Assembly (NCBI GenBank): GCA_963924565.1 | Contig: OZ004612.1 | Coordinates: 9,672,001 to 9,736,000, forward strand | From: Ascidiella aspersa | Taxonomy: Eukaryota | DNA: 64,000 bases | Reading direction: 5' to 3' | Part shown: in pieces, positions 35,201 to 46,222 of the stretch | How positions within the stretch are numbered: the first letter of the stretch is position 1 | How the letters are laid out: the number at the start of each line of letters is the position of its first letter | Notes under the pieces: model-generated | What the model saw: the letters and a program-made list of their open reading frames with translations, nothing else | The model's database searches: none | Told to the model about the DNA's origin: nothing | Program-made: the position numbers and the translations under genes

Positions 35201-36409
35201 CTGGAGCACAGTGATAATAAAAGACCAGTGTGTATGGCCATATAAAACAACGACAAACGATTTCTAAAAAATACAACAAAAATAATAATTTAGAGCTAGA
35301 TATTAGTTTTACTGAGAATAATTTTAATCCAAAACATTTCAATAATTCTTAGTGCTGGGCATCTCAAAGTTTGTGTGGTGCATCTAAATCAGAATTGAAA
35401 CATACTGGGATGGAAAGCAAAGGTTTATGATAAAACATTTGGTAAAGTTTAAATTTTAAATATGTGTTTCTTATGTAAATAATTCAAGCAGCATTTATTT
35501 ACTCTGGGTTTAGCATCATTCAACTTACAATGGCAATGTCAGGGTCTTGGACTTGAGTTGAGTGAGTTTTGACCTGTACTCTTGCGGTTGACTTGACTCG
35601 GACCTAGTTTATTCAATAAAAGTTAATATCACTGCACACTAGAATATGTATCGCAGAGAATCAAAACGAGGAAGCAGTTAAATGATCGCAGTGGAATTCA
35701 CTCCGCTATGTATAGATTGTTGCTACAGAATGTTTTGCGGAGGCTTTCGGGCACCACATGATAAAAGACAAGTCAAACAGGCGCTATCATGGTGGATCGT
35801 AAGACGTTTTAAAGCTCTTTTGGGTACTAATTTAGACCATATTACCACAGATTCAAATTCAATTTATTTTTGTGCATGTTTGCAAACATCGAAAAACAAA
35901 ACAACTTACAGATCAAACACAAGGACAGCGAAAGGACCTTTCGGTCATCGAGTACCACAGTTACGTCACATCATCATTACATGCTTTGTCGTTTGTGCCT
36001 AGTAGTCCGTAGGATTACAAACTAAGGAAGTTTTAGAATGACATTCCAGGTTTTCTCACAAAACGTTGTCAGTTTACATAATATTCTAGGGTAAAATCAG
36101 TTTAATTTAGTCGTTATTTTATGTTGTTTCTGTATGGATTTGTATCCCTTTAATGTTAGACAGTCGGCATGACATATTTCGGTGCTTTTTGTTTCCAATT
36201 GCAACTTTAGTAAACGCGGTTTAACTGAAACACTATACTCTATATTATTTTCCAAACTATGCGATACCATGAGCACCGTAAATTTACACTTACCTTACAG
36301 TTTCGGAGAGACGTGTTCTGTTTCCGAAACCAATATTCCAAATGACGAGGAGCAGACAAACTGCCGAAAACAAAACTGCGAGCGAGAAGCAACGCATGCT
36401 TCGCAACAT
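31727..36409 (-). CDS. Alpha-1,3-fucosyltransferase (CAZy GT10), paralog A; 5 coding exons, 385 aa type II membrane protein
   Basis: Exons 36409-36294, 34746-34705, 34214-34011, 33073-32848, 32296-31727 with GT-AG ends and phases 2,2,2,0. N-terminal TM (MLRSMRCFSLAVLFSAVCLLLVIW). GT10 motifs: ILLW, C..T.DR, VVFH, ETP, NWTMTYKTDSD, WVVSNC, YKFYLSFENSLHCEDYMTEKFWKNA, VPVVWGP, SFIHAEDF, YREYFNWR. Confidence 0.92.
32848..33073 (-). CDS. FucT-A exon 4 (HPDQVFAFEIIETPS...NWTMTYKTDSD)
   Basis: CAG acceptor, GCG|GTACGG donor, 226 nt, same size as paralog B exon. Confidence 0.93.
33110..33604. mobile_element. hAT-type MITE with internal (AAGTC)n arrays, in FucT-A intron
   Basis: TIR CAGTGTTGTAA/TTACAACACTG; 8-bp TSD CTAGTTTC/ATAGTTTC. 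Confidence 0.88.
34011..34214 (-). CDS. FucT-A exon 3 (ILLWRHPHG...CRFTYDR...VVFHY)
   Basis: TAG acceptor, AG|GTGAAA donor, 204 nt. Confidence 0.93.
34705..34746 (-). CDS. FucT-A 42-nt stem micro-exon (LPEKTTGQRLKYDG)
   Basis: TTGCAG acceptor, CGG|GTGAGT donor; same size, phase and YDG ending as the paralog B micro-exon. Confidence 0.8.
36294..36409 (-). CDS. FucT-A first coding exon (cytoplasmic tail + TM anchor)
   Basis: ATG, hydrophobic segment, AAG|GTAAGT donor in phase 2. Confidence 0.8.
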
Positions 36410-36751
36410 TGTGCTTCTAAAGTTAACAAAGTTAAATCTCTTATGCTCTTGTGACTATAAAACAACAGGTAGGTTATTTACGTTACTAGAGCTACCATTG
36501 ATCAATGTCTCCACATCCTACATGACCGCTTTAAAGGGTGTGGGTGCGAACCACAATAGAAACAGTACTTACAGGAACTTACGAACGTTGAATAAATTTA
36601 ACTTTGAACGTGCGCGATCTGGACTCCACAAGTGAACAGTAAAATACTGCTGCTTTAGCATAAAATGCCACCACTTGAATAGCGAAATTAATTAAATTTT
36701 GTGACAACACGCTTAAAACACGACACAAAAATACAGGAAATTCTAATCAAT

Positions 36752-36933
36752 TGACAAAGCGCTTCCAGCGACCTGCTTGGCAATTTGATACAAACGCACA
36801 GACGTCATAACCGGCCAGACTGAATAAGCGATCCAGCGCGACTGACAAAGCGCTTCCAGCGACTGGCTTGGCAATTTGAAACAAACGCACAGACGTCATA
36901 ACCGGCCAGACTGAATAAGCGATCCAGCGCGAC
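36752..36933. repeat. 91-bp tandem duplication upstream of FucT-A
   Basis: TGACAAAGCGCTTCCAGCGAC...GATCCAGCGCGAC twice, with ~3 mismatches. Confidence 0.9.
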
Positions 36934-37327
36934 AAGCTGTTGTAGTAGAGAGCAATATTTATTACCAACTAATGAATTTGTATATTACGTGATGACGTCC
37001 ATAGTGGCCCATGACTTCCATCCTGTTTTTTTCAACTTTTTGAAAAAAATAATTAATAAACCAATAATAACCAAAAAAAAAATTGTTAGAAAAAAACAAT
37101 AAAAAATAAATTAAGAAAATTAAAAAAAAAAAAAAACAATAAAAAAATATTTAAAAAAAGTACGTGGCCCAGGAATGTCATTTCTATTTAATGCGCATTA
37201 CGGTCGGACGGTCGGAACATCACTGCCATCATAGAATACTTAAACATATATGCAATACTATATTGTATTCTGTTTAACTTCAAAGCAAGCGCATGTTACT
37301 ACTGCGTTGTGGCAGATTTATTTGTTA

Positions 37328-40300
37328 CTAGACGAAATTCCCGGCGTTGCCCAGATTAAGTAGGGTATATACCAGTTTAATTTCAACTGATAAAGGTCTG
37401 ATGTAGTTGTACCGGCTATGTAAATTAAAGCGCGATAGTTGGCGAAATTAACATGAAATTTGCTTGGTTACACAAAATGAAACAATCCATTCTTCATCAC
37501 TATTGCATATTACGTTATTGTCGGGCAGGTTAGATAATGAGGTAGTAACGCATACGGCCTTGGGTTTTACTTTTATCAACACTATGTCCTATGTAGCCTT
37601 AAAAGACTTTCTTTAACAACGATGCACTATAACAGGGGTCGGCAACCTTTTTCTAGTCGCGGGCCTAAACCAAACTCAAAAAGATCTCTTCGGGCCGCAC
37701 ATAATGATAACTAAGAATTGTGTTATTAACATGTTAGAACAACTGTGAATAAGCCGGAAATCGGATCGTTTTTGCACTTAAAAACGTGTTTAATTACATT
37801 TTAAGAGGCAGTAAATTGTTGGCGCAAAGCGCGAAAAAAAGCGTTTGTTTGATTTAAAATTCGAGTTCACACGTCGTGATCCATACTTCTAATAAAAAGT
37901 GTAATACAACTACTTTGAGGGGACGCGATAACATCTAAAGTTAATCTAGCTGAGTGTTTTTTAACCTTTTAAGTTAGGGCATACCTGGCGAGCGAAGCAA
38001 GCGCGATTTTTTGGGGTGTACCCAGTGATGAGATTCAGCCGGTTCGCACCGGTTCTCTAGAACCGTCTCGCGGAATTTTATGAGATCAGCGAACCGGTTA
38101 GCATTACTGGTTACTGTCAATGGACTGGATTTTTGCGTCTTATTCCATACAACATTGATTTTTGAGCTCCAAGTAGTACCTATATACGTGTTTGTTTTTT
38201 TTCAAAATGTGCAATGGTCAAGGTCACACGTTACTGTACATTGTGTTACATTTTTATAATTAAAGTATTTTTCCTTTTGTAATTGTTTATCTGAAAATGT
38301 AATTGTTGCGTCATAAGTATAAGACGAATGCTGCTTTTTATTAGTGTGGCTGTTAGCAGCGATGGGATTCAGCCGGTTCTCAGTTTGCAACATTTGCTGA
38401 AACGTTGGGTTGCATCCTGTTCTTGCAACTACTTTAATTATTTCCCGAAAAATATGACTTTTTGTAACAGAACCGGCTAAAATATATGACATTTGGGCCG
38501 TAGGTTGCCGACCCCTGGATTAGAACATATATGCACATACAACGTACAATAAACCCACATTTTTTGCGTAATGCGCAAATAGACTTTTAAATCAAAGTAA
38601 CACCCCACAGCCTGTGTGGAAGTGGCATTAATGGAATGGCGTGTTTAAATATGTGACTTATCTGCGTGGCTCTAAAGATTTAATTCTTGGTCTCTGTAAA
38701 TTGCCATTAAATTTTTCATTTGGTTAAAACATTGTAAAATTAACGTATTAAAAGCAGTTTTGTGTCTGAAATAGGTCACTGAAGGTAAGGCGCTAACGCG
38801 CTCTTACCATTTAATCACTAATCACGTGTTACCAGCATTGTATAATCTTCTTCCTGAAGCCTCTATATGTTACAGCTGATAATTTAAAAAAAAATACATT
38901 TAACATCAAACCAAATTGCAACGCTGTGTGTTTTTTTAAATGAAGCTAATAAAAACACAACCATGGCTAAAGACGTCTCGCATATTTTACGTAACGAAAA
39001 CCCGTGACATATGTCGATCAAAAATTATTAACAAACGTGAAAAAGTCGTAGCACCAATTGTTTAAATCGCGCGAAATTCAAGCAAATGGGTAATCCCGGT
39101 GGGTAGCATACTGCATCCAACGAAAAAATCCCGTTTGAAAAAACAATTTGCTTAGTGTTCAAACCGCTACACACAATATTTTGCAAACTTAGGCCAAATG
39201 TTGCGTAGTTGCTGTACGTGTCTGTGTAAGTGTCTTAATACCTCATGAAAGAATTCTAATGAAACTGCTGCAAAAAACGCAATATTTTGCGAACTCTGCC
39301 AAGAATTGCGTGGATAACACATTATAAGGAGCTATTAGGCTTAAGCCTTAATCACTGTCACAATATTGTTGGTAAGGTTTGTTGTAGATATCCGTGCAGG
39401 TTTCCTGATGTTCATTCAAAGTATGTTTATAAAAGTGAAAAATGGTAAACCTTTGCACTAAACGCCAAATTAAGCTGCGTCCAACGTCAGAAAAATCCGT
39501 AACCCTTGCTTTTTACGTAATTCCGGTACCATACTGCTTCCAACGTAAGTAAAATCTCGCTTGAAACTGAAAATTGGCTACTATTAAAACCGCTGCAAGG
39601 ACTAAATAGCCAACGGCTAAGCACGTCAAACATCTTTTAAGTTAAATTCATTAAAATTTATTTTTGATTAGGGCAATATAGCTAATTTGAGTTTTTATGA
39701 AACGCAGGTAATTGCGCTTAAACAAAAGGTGTGGCGCGGTTACGTTAAGAGGTTTACCATATACCACGCGCGCGCCCAGGCCAGATTGGAAACTTTGGAT
39801 ATTGTGCGGGGGAGATGTTTTGCAGCTGAAAAAATGCGCGGCCGAAAATAAAATTTCGATGCGCGGCTGAAAATAAACAATCAGGCTACCGAACGTTGTA
39901 AGTTGCGAAATTATATTAAACTTACAGCGTTCATAGACTACTTTTGCGCAATTTTTGGTTGGTGTGCGGGCGCAGCTAAATATTTAAAAAGGTTGATAGT
40001 GTAGCATTCAATATGCAATATTACTCGATATTGCCTAATTTGACGTCACTATACACGTGACCGTTGTCCACTGATGCGTGACCAAAACGCCGAACTGTGC
40101 GTTTTCAGCGCTTCGCAGGGGATTCTATATGATGCATTATATTATATATGTCTTATAGACTAGCGTTAAAAAATGTTATGCAACTTCAGTATGCGGCCCG
40201 GCAATTTTTTTTGTGCTTGTTTAGTTTCATACAGTAGTTTGCGCGGCTGAAGTTTTGTGCGTTTGCTCGAGTCAGATTTGCGCGGCTGAGCACATTTTGT

Positions 40301-40503
40301 ATAAAATGCGCGGCTGTGACCGCGGCTGAAAGTGCTACTGGCCAAACTTTCCAACCTGGCGCCCAGGAAGAGGCGAGCACACGGCGGGAGTCGCCGCTCC
40401 TTTTGTTAGCCGACTACCCCTTGCTCTACCAGCGACCGACCGGCGAACATCTTGCCACACACACACACACACATCTCACAAATCTTTTCTTTTATTATGT
40501 AGA
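37328..40503 (-). mobile_element. Probable non-autonomous Helitron (or composite) with nested MITEs
   Basis: On the minus strand: 5' A|TCTACATAATAAAAG followed by (TG)n; 3' hairpin CTGGGCAACGCCGGG, 8 nt, then CTAG|T; AT target, no TSD. Pairing of the two ends is inferred. Confidence 0.55.
37633..38517. mobile_element. hAT/Charlie-like MITE (TIR CAGGGGTCGGCAACC) with nested fragments of another element
   Basis: 15-bp perfect TIRs; 5' ~380 bp homologous to 51471-51835; nested CAG(T/C)GATG(A/G)GATTCAGCCGGTTC ends at ~38023 and ~38358; TSD poorly matched. Confidence 0.8.
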
Positions 40504-41771
40504 TACGCATTCTGCGTCGAAGCAATGCTGATCGCACCCCAGTGTTACATCATAATTGGCATTTCGTTTTGGCTTCATAAGTCATCGTAATTGGACTTGA
40601 AGTCAGTTCCTTTTGGGATACACCAGAGTTCCAAGTGGGACTCACAAGAGTTACTTACGAGCTCACTAAAGTATCTTAACGGAGACCGATCAATAACCTT
40701 CTTAGCTATCGACATATACTGTTAACAGCGATGATATTTGCAAGTGGCATCTGCTATATGCTAACTTACTTCGCCGATCTATAGAAACAGGTTGTTCGTT
40801 CACTTGTGGTTGCCTCGCGAGTAAGATACGCAACCTGAAAGGAGTCTTAACGAAAACGTCAACTAGAATGCTCCTCTGTTAAAAAAAGTTTCAACAACTC
40901 AATTCGAACCCACACTGTTCACCGAATGAACAGAGTTGACCCGGTCATAATTCAATATTTAATCCAAGTCAAGCCATTTGAAAACAATTATTTAGGTGCA
41001 TAGGTCAAGTCATCAACTGAAGTCTCAACACTTCTCATCTTACTACAATAGCTTGACTTCGATTACATATTCTGGATAAATGACTTACTTTGAACTTAAG
41101 TCATAGTGTCAAATAACTTGGGTTAAAAAAAATTGATTTCAACACTGCGCATCTTACTACAATGTAATATGCCGTACTTTCGCCTTGTGTTCGTAAAGAT
41201 GTATTGCGATCTGCGTAAAACATACTCAAGCAAGATAAGATTCGCGCAAAAGCGAAAATAATTTCCGGTGCTAAAACAAACAAAAATATATTATATGTAG
41301 TTTAGGGTTAAATGCCTAGATCCGCCACTGTAAAGATGTAGGTATTATTTTTGTCATTGCACCTTTTTCTTGGATATTTGATTTTAGGTTGAAATATTAC
41401 AAGGCGCCTTGGTGCCGAAACCACTGCTGTATCATAATGTAAAACAAAGCATGAAAAGAAAAACGTTTACGCGCGAAGCGCGAAAACTTTTATATTTACA
41501 TACAGTTTAGGTTGACAAAAATATAGTTCGACAGGCTCTCAGGACCACATTTGGCACGTGGGCCTTCCCAAGCTAAGCAAATTTATAAAATCTACTCCAC
41601 ACAAACTTTAAATGAACTGTCACGCGGCCTACAACTAAATTACCACACTAAGCCATTTAAAAGTAACTCGCGGCAACAAAAAATGGCTCTGCGGCCCACA
41701 GTTTGCTGACCACTGCACTATACGATAGAATCGCAAATCCGATTTGAAATTGGCGCAGAAAATGATAAAGC

Positions 41772-42059
41772 GAATGTTAAACTGTAAAAACATTAGACTT
41801 AAAACATTTCACAAAGCAAACACAGAAAACTAAACCTGCAGCAGTAAAATTGTTGTTCAAGCACAAAGTACAATAAGCCACCTTTGAAAAACTATTCAAC
41901 AAACAAAGGCATTTTTAGAAAATACTCAAGTCAATTACAAAGACATTTTCCAAAGACAAGTAAATTTGACCCTTCATTAACTTTCAGTAAACGATGTCAG
42001 AAGCTTTTTCATTAAGTTTTCTTCTGCTACACAACAAAATATATCTCAACCGAAATATC
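41772..42059 (+). repeat. ~290-bp dispersed direct repeat, copy 1
   Basis: Aligns by eye to 43596-43893 (GAATGTTAAACTGT...CACAAAGCAAACACAGAAAAC...CAGTAAACGATGTCAGAAGCTT...CCGAAATATC). Confidence 0.8.
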
Positions 42060-43595
42060 TGAGATTTCAAATTTGCGCAGAAAATGCTAAGAAAAAAATG
42101 TTTTAAGGAAAATATTGCGGACTGGATTCTTGGCGGGGTGCGTAGTGAACCGTGTACGACACGTTAAACATCACTGCTCTAGAGCAGTGCTCAGCAGCCT
42201 TAATTCACTTGTGGAAAACCAACAGAGTTAAAATTCGGCTTCCCTACGAAATATGTGAATATCGATAATGCACAAAAAAACAAATATCCCAGGCTGCCCA
42301 GAGATAGAAGGAGTGATTTGTGATTAAACGCACCGAAGGCGCTAAAAACTTTAACATGACGTTTAACATTCATTTATCTCTGATTTTACGGTTGTAGAGT
42401 CTTCCTAAATAGCTTCAGACGGCCAATAGGGGACTCGAGTTATAAGTGCGAAAGTAGAACAAATCAACGTCGAAATAACACACAGTTCGGAAGAAGACCC
42501 AAATTATATAGATACCTAATGGTCGTAATAACGTCTAACTCAGAATAAGTCCTAAAACCCGTCAGAAGTCAAAGAAAATTTTACACGTCTAATTTTGCGG
42601 TTTAGCTGACTGTTGAATATATCTAAAGCGTGCAGTCAAAGTCCTAAAAATTTTACTCCTTTTGTAATAGCAGATTAGAGAACACACAACTTTTAATATA
42701 ATTGGTAGATAAAACTGGATATTGGTGCTTTGTATATTTTAACTTCAGTTCTTTTTCGAAACAGCTCGCAAGACTAATCATATTATCACAAAATAATAGT
42801 ATATTTACAATGATATTTGCTAATAGTATATTTAGAATGATGTTGTATGGGTTTCGAGCGTATGGTTAATCTCTGTTTCCACTTTGGTGTAAAGTTTGAA
42901 AACAATTTTGTATATTTATACCCTTGTTAGTTCCTGGTACCTGAGGCGGAACACACAGCGGTTGCGGAGCATTGTCTACTTCTAGACGCTCTAGACTGCT
43001 AGATTGACAGTGACTCATTTGTTTTTTGCTTCCTAGCTTGTTAAACGGAAATTCCCGCAAGGGTTCGACTGGTAACAACAACTTTCTTCAGGCTACTTGA
43101 TAATAATGTTACCACGCTATGTAGCATTTTGTGACGTTCATGTCTGAATTCTCCAAAAACATGTCGAAGACCTTTCGTCGCCAATAGACAAGGTTTGAAA
43201 CCAATCTGAGTGCGTGTTCTGAACTTCTGAGACCCATATAGGGGCCGCGTTTTACTGCCGTACCCACCAAAACCTGAAGTAACATGCGCCAAAAAGTATA
43301 CTGTTGCTGCAAGGCATGGTTTCAATTACACAGGCTAAGAACAAGTTTTAAACAAAGATATTAGCTCGTCCAGGTTTCATGTAGTCGATAAGACTGAAGG
43401 TACCTGCGTACGTTGTAGAACTTGATCAGTTTTATATACAAGTAATTTCTGCACGACTGAAATAAGTAAAGTCCTTTTGTTACACATAAAAAATAAATAA
43501 AAACTAATGAGTTTAAGCTAGGGTCGTCTGTTGTCCAAGTTTAATCTTTAGCCTAACCCTAAAAAGTCAATTTTGACGTGATTTCAATCAGGTGT

Positions 43596-43893
43596 GAATG
43601 TTAAACTGTTAAATTACTAGAATTGACCGACTCTAAGCAACATTTCGCACACAAAGCAAACACAGAAAACCAAACATGTAGCAAAACTGTTTTTCAAGGA
43701 CCGGTACAGAGCATAATAAGCCACTTTTAAAAACTACTTAACTAAAAAGGGCATTTGTAGAAAATACCCGAGTCAATAAGGCATTTTCCAAAGAAAAGTA
43801 ATTTTGACCCTTAATTTTCAGTAAACGATGTCAGAAGCTTGTTTATTAAATTTCCTTGTGCTACACAACAAAATATATCTGAACCGAAATATC
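43596..43893 (+). repeat. ~300-bp dispersed direct repeat, copy 2
   Basis: See 41772-42059. Confidence 0.8.
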
Positions 43894-44168
43894 ATGTGCT
43901 GGATAATTAATTACAAAAAATAGCAAGTGTGCCTACATAAACTTAGGCAAAAAGACCATTGAATCTTTTCCACTGCCAAATGAAGACAAATCACCACTAT
44001 ATAACTATATCCTCGCAAAATGTACGCTTAATGAATACCAACAGGCCTAAACTTAGTGTTGGCACGTAAAGCAGTGGCCTGATGAAAGATCTCTGCGCAA
44101 CAATGGGCATACGAAGGCATTACTCTGACAAAAAATACGAGGCATATTTTCAACAGAAGAATATACAC

Positions 44169-45488
44169 CAGGGACGTGCGGTCAGGGGAGGCAGTGCCTC
44201 ACCTGCCAACATCTGGCAAAGCAAAACGTATATTAAAGAGAGGTTTATCACAGAATATATATTATTTGTTAAAGTACAGTACACATTGCATGTTTTTGGG
44301 TACTTTAATTTAAATGGATTCCTGTAGTCCATACTCCTTCTCCCGCAAATTTTACACTTCTATACCTAAAGCGTTATTATTTCCAATTTCTGTTGCGTTA
44401 TTTATATCAAGCATTCAAAATCGTTGAAATACGCAAAGAGAGGCAGTGCCAAGCCGTGCCTCTCTTCAGATCACAAAATTTCTATGTACTGCATTATGCG
44501 TGCTTTTTTCTTTCCCAATTCTCTCGGAAAACATGATAAACGATTTAGCTAGGATTTGAGGCATGCCTCAAATGTGACGTCCCAGCTATGAAAAATTTCT
44601 ACATTGACTTCTTGCAGTGTAAAGGATTGTTTTTTATATAAAATTTAACTAAAATGGAGGAAAATTTACACTTTCAATCAATCTAAAGTTAGAGTCATAA
44701 ATAAAGGCAAATCTGTTTCCCATTTAAAAGGTTTGCATCAGACGACTGGACAAAAAAATAACACGCAACTTTCAAAGAGATTGGTAAAAAAAGAGTGGAT
44801 GTGACTGTCATAGGCTCAGCCAGGGGGCCACAGAGGCCATGACCCCCTAAAAATTTATAAATATGTGTACTCTAAATAATATTTGTTTTGCAGTACCACA
44901 AAAGTCGATCACATGCATGCCAAAACCTCAATTGTCATGCACTGTTACGTCATAAACGATTTAGTTATTATTATATTCGCTATAGGCTACTTATTGATGT
45001 AGTTTTACTTTTTAGTCATTTTGTTTTTGCTCTCTGAATGATTTTTTAGTATTGCGCTAGAACTCAGTAAGTTGCTGCTCGAAACGGTTTGCTGGCGTAT
45101 TTGTTTGTGTTCGATACGCAGTTCATACAATGGCAAAAGCTAAACAACAAAAGTTTAAACTTTTTGCCCAGACCCCACCTTCCTAAATTTTTGGCTGGCT
45201 ACGCTACCGGTGGCTGTGCTTTAAAAATATCGCCTTTTATACTTTTCCTGTTTCTTATTTTCAAGTTTGTAATAAACGTGAAAGTGTGGGGCGCAGCCAC
45301 AATGAAAGAATGTAGCCTAAACATTAAACATTCTATAAACATATTTTCATTGTGGCTGCGCCCCCCAAAAGCATGCCGCTAATTTTCTTATCTTTATTAG
45401 TACGATACCGTTTTTGTGATTGTTAAACAAAAGCGTGGCTTGAAAAAATTAGTGCCTCACCATCTAGGAACGTCACCGCACGTCACTG
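44169..45488. mobile_element. hAT-type non-autonomous element
   Basis: TIR CAGGGACGTGCGGT/ACCGCACGTCACTG; TSD ATATACAC/ATATAGAC; subterminal GCAGTGCCTCACC. Confidence 0.82.
44809..45209. mobile_element. Nested degenerate hAT-type MITE
   Basis: Degenerate ends (CATAGGCTCAGCCAG / CTGGCTACGCTACCG) flanked by TSD GTGACTGT/GTGGCTGT. Confidence 0.6.
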
Positions 45489-45503
45489 ATATAGACTATA
45501 GGT

Positions 45504-45915
45504 CAGGGATGGCGAACCACTGACCCGCGGGCCACAAAGTGACCCACCAGATGACCCACTTGTCTTTCTAGAAATACCGAAATCTTGTCAATCATTTTTA
45601 AGAGATAATAATTGTAAACAAATAATTCTTTGTTAGATAGAAGTATATAGTATACAGCCAACAGTTTGAATCAGGGCTGCCTAATCTGTGGGTCGTGCAA
45701 AAGGGTAACTAGGGGTGACGAGTAGGCCTACTTTAATTGTACTCCCATAATAATTGCTGCAGCATTTGTTAACTATTTATGTTCTTAATATACGTGGCAA
45801 TCAGCAAAGTTTCACATAAAATTAGCATATAGTCAAATATATGACCCACTTGTGCATTTTGTAAGGATAAATGTCGTGTTTGTGACCCGCGCAATGAAAA
45901 GGTTCGCCATCCCTG
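45504..45915. mobile_element. hAT/Charlie-like MITE
   Basis: Perfect TIR CAGGGATGGCGAACC/GGTTCGCCATCCCTG; flanks CTATAGGT/CTATAGAC; TGACCC motifs. Confidence 0.88.
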
Positions 45916-45927
45916 CTATAGACTATA

Positions 45928-46222
45928 GCGGCTCTTCAACCAGTTTCATGCGGCTCTTACGTTCAGGTTATATTTGAGTTTCAATATTTAGTGAAAAAAA
46001 ATCACGCGTTTTGCGCTAAATTTGTTTAACTTTCCTGCAGAGTGCCTTAATAATCGCTAAATGTAGCCTACACAATATTGTTAGTGTGCAACATTTATAA
46101 TAATCCTATACCCTTAGTAAGGCATTTGTAAGTTTAGATCTGTACTTGTGAAAGGTGTGGCTCTTTGCGGTTAACCAGTAAAAAAATGCGGCTCTTGGTC
46201 TCTAATTGGTTGGCCACCCCTG
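45928..46222. mobile_element. 5'-truncated hAT MITE (GCGGCTCTT motifs)
   Basis: Right end GGTTGGCCACCCCTG followed by CTATAGAA. Confidence 0.65.

Noticed and set aside
35079-35342. Hydrophobic minus-strand ORF with GTAAGT donor as a FucT-A TM or stem exon
   Set aside because: Nearby phase-2 acceptors lead to stops; the exon at 36409-36294 fits phase and topology better.
37025-37160. Long A-rich tract as a retrogene or SINE tail
   Set aside because: No TSD, Pol III boxes or identifiable body; treated as low-complexity sequence.
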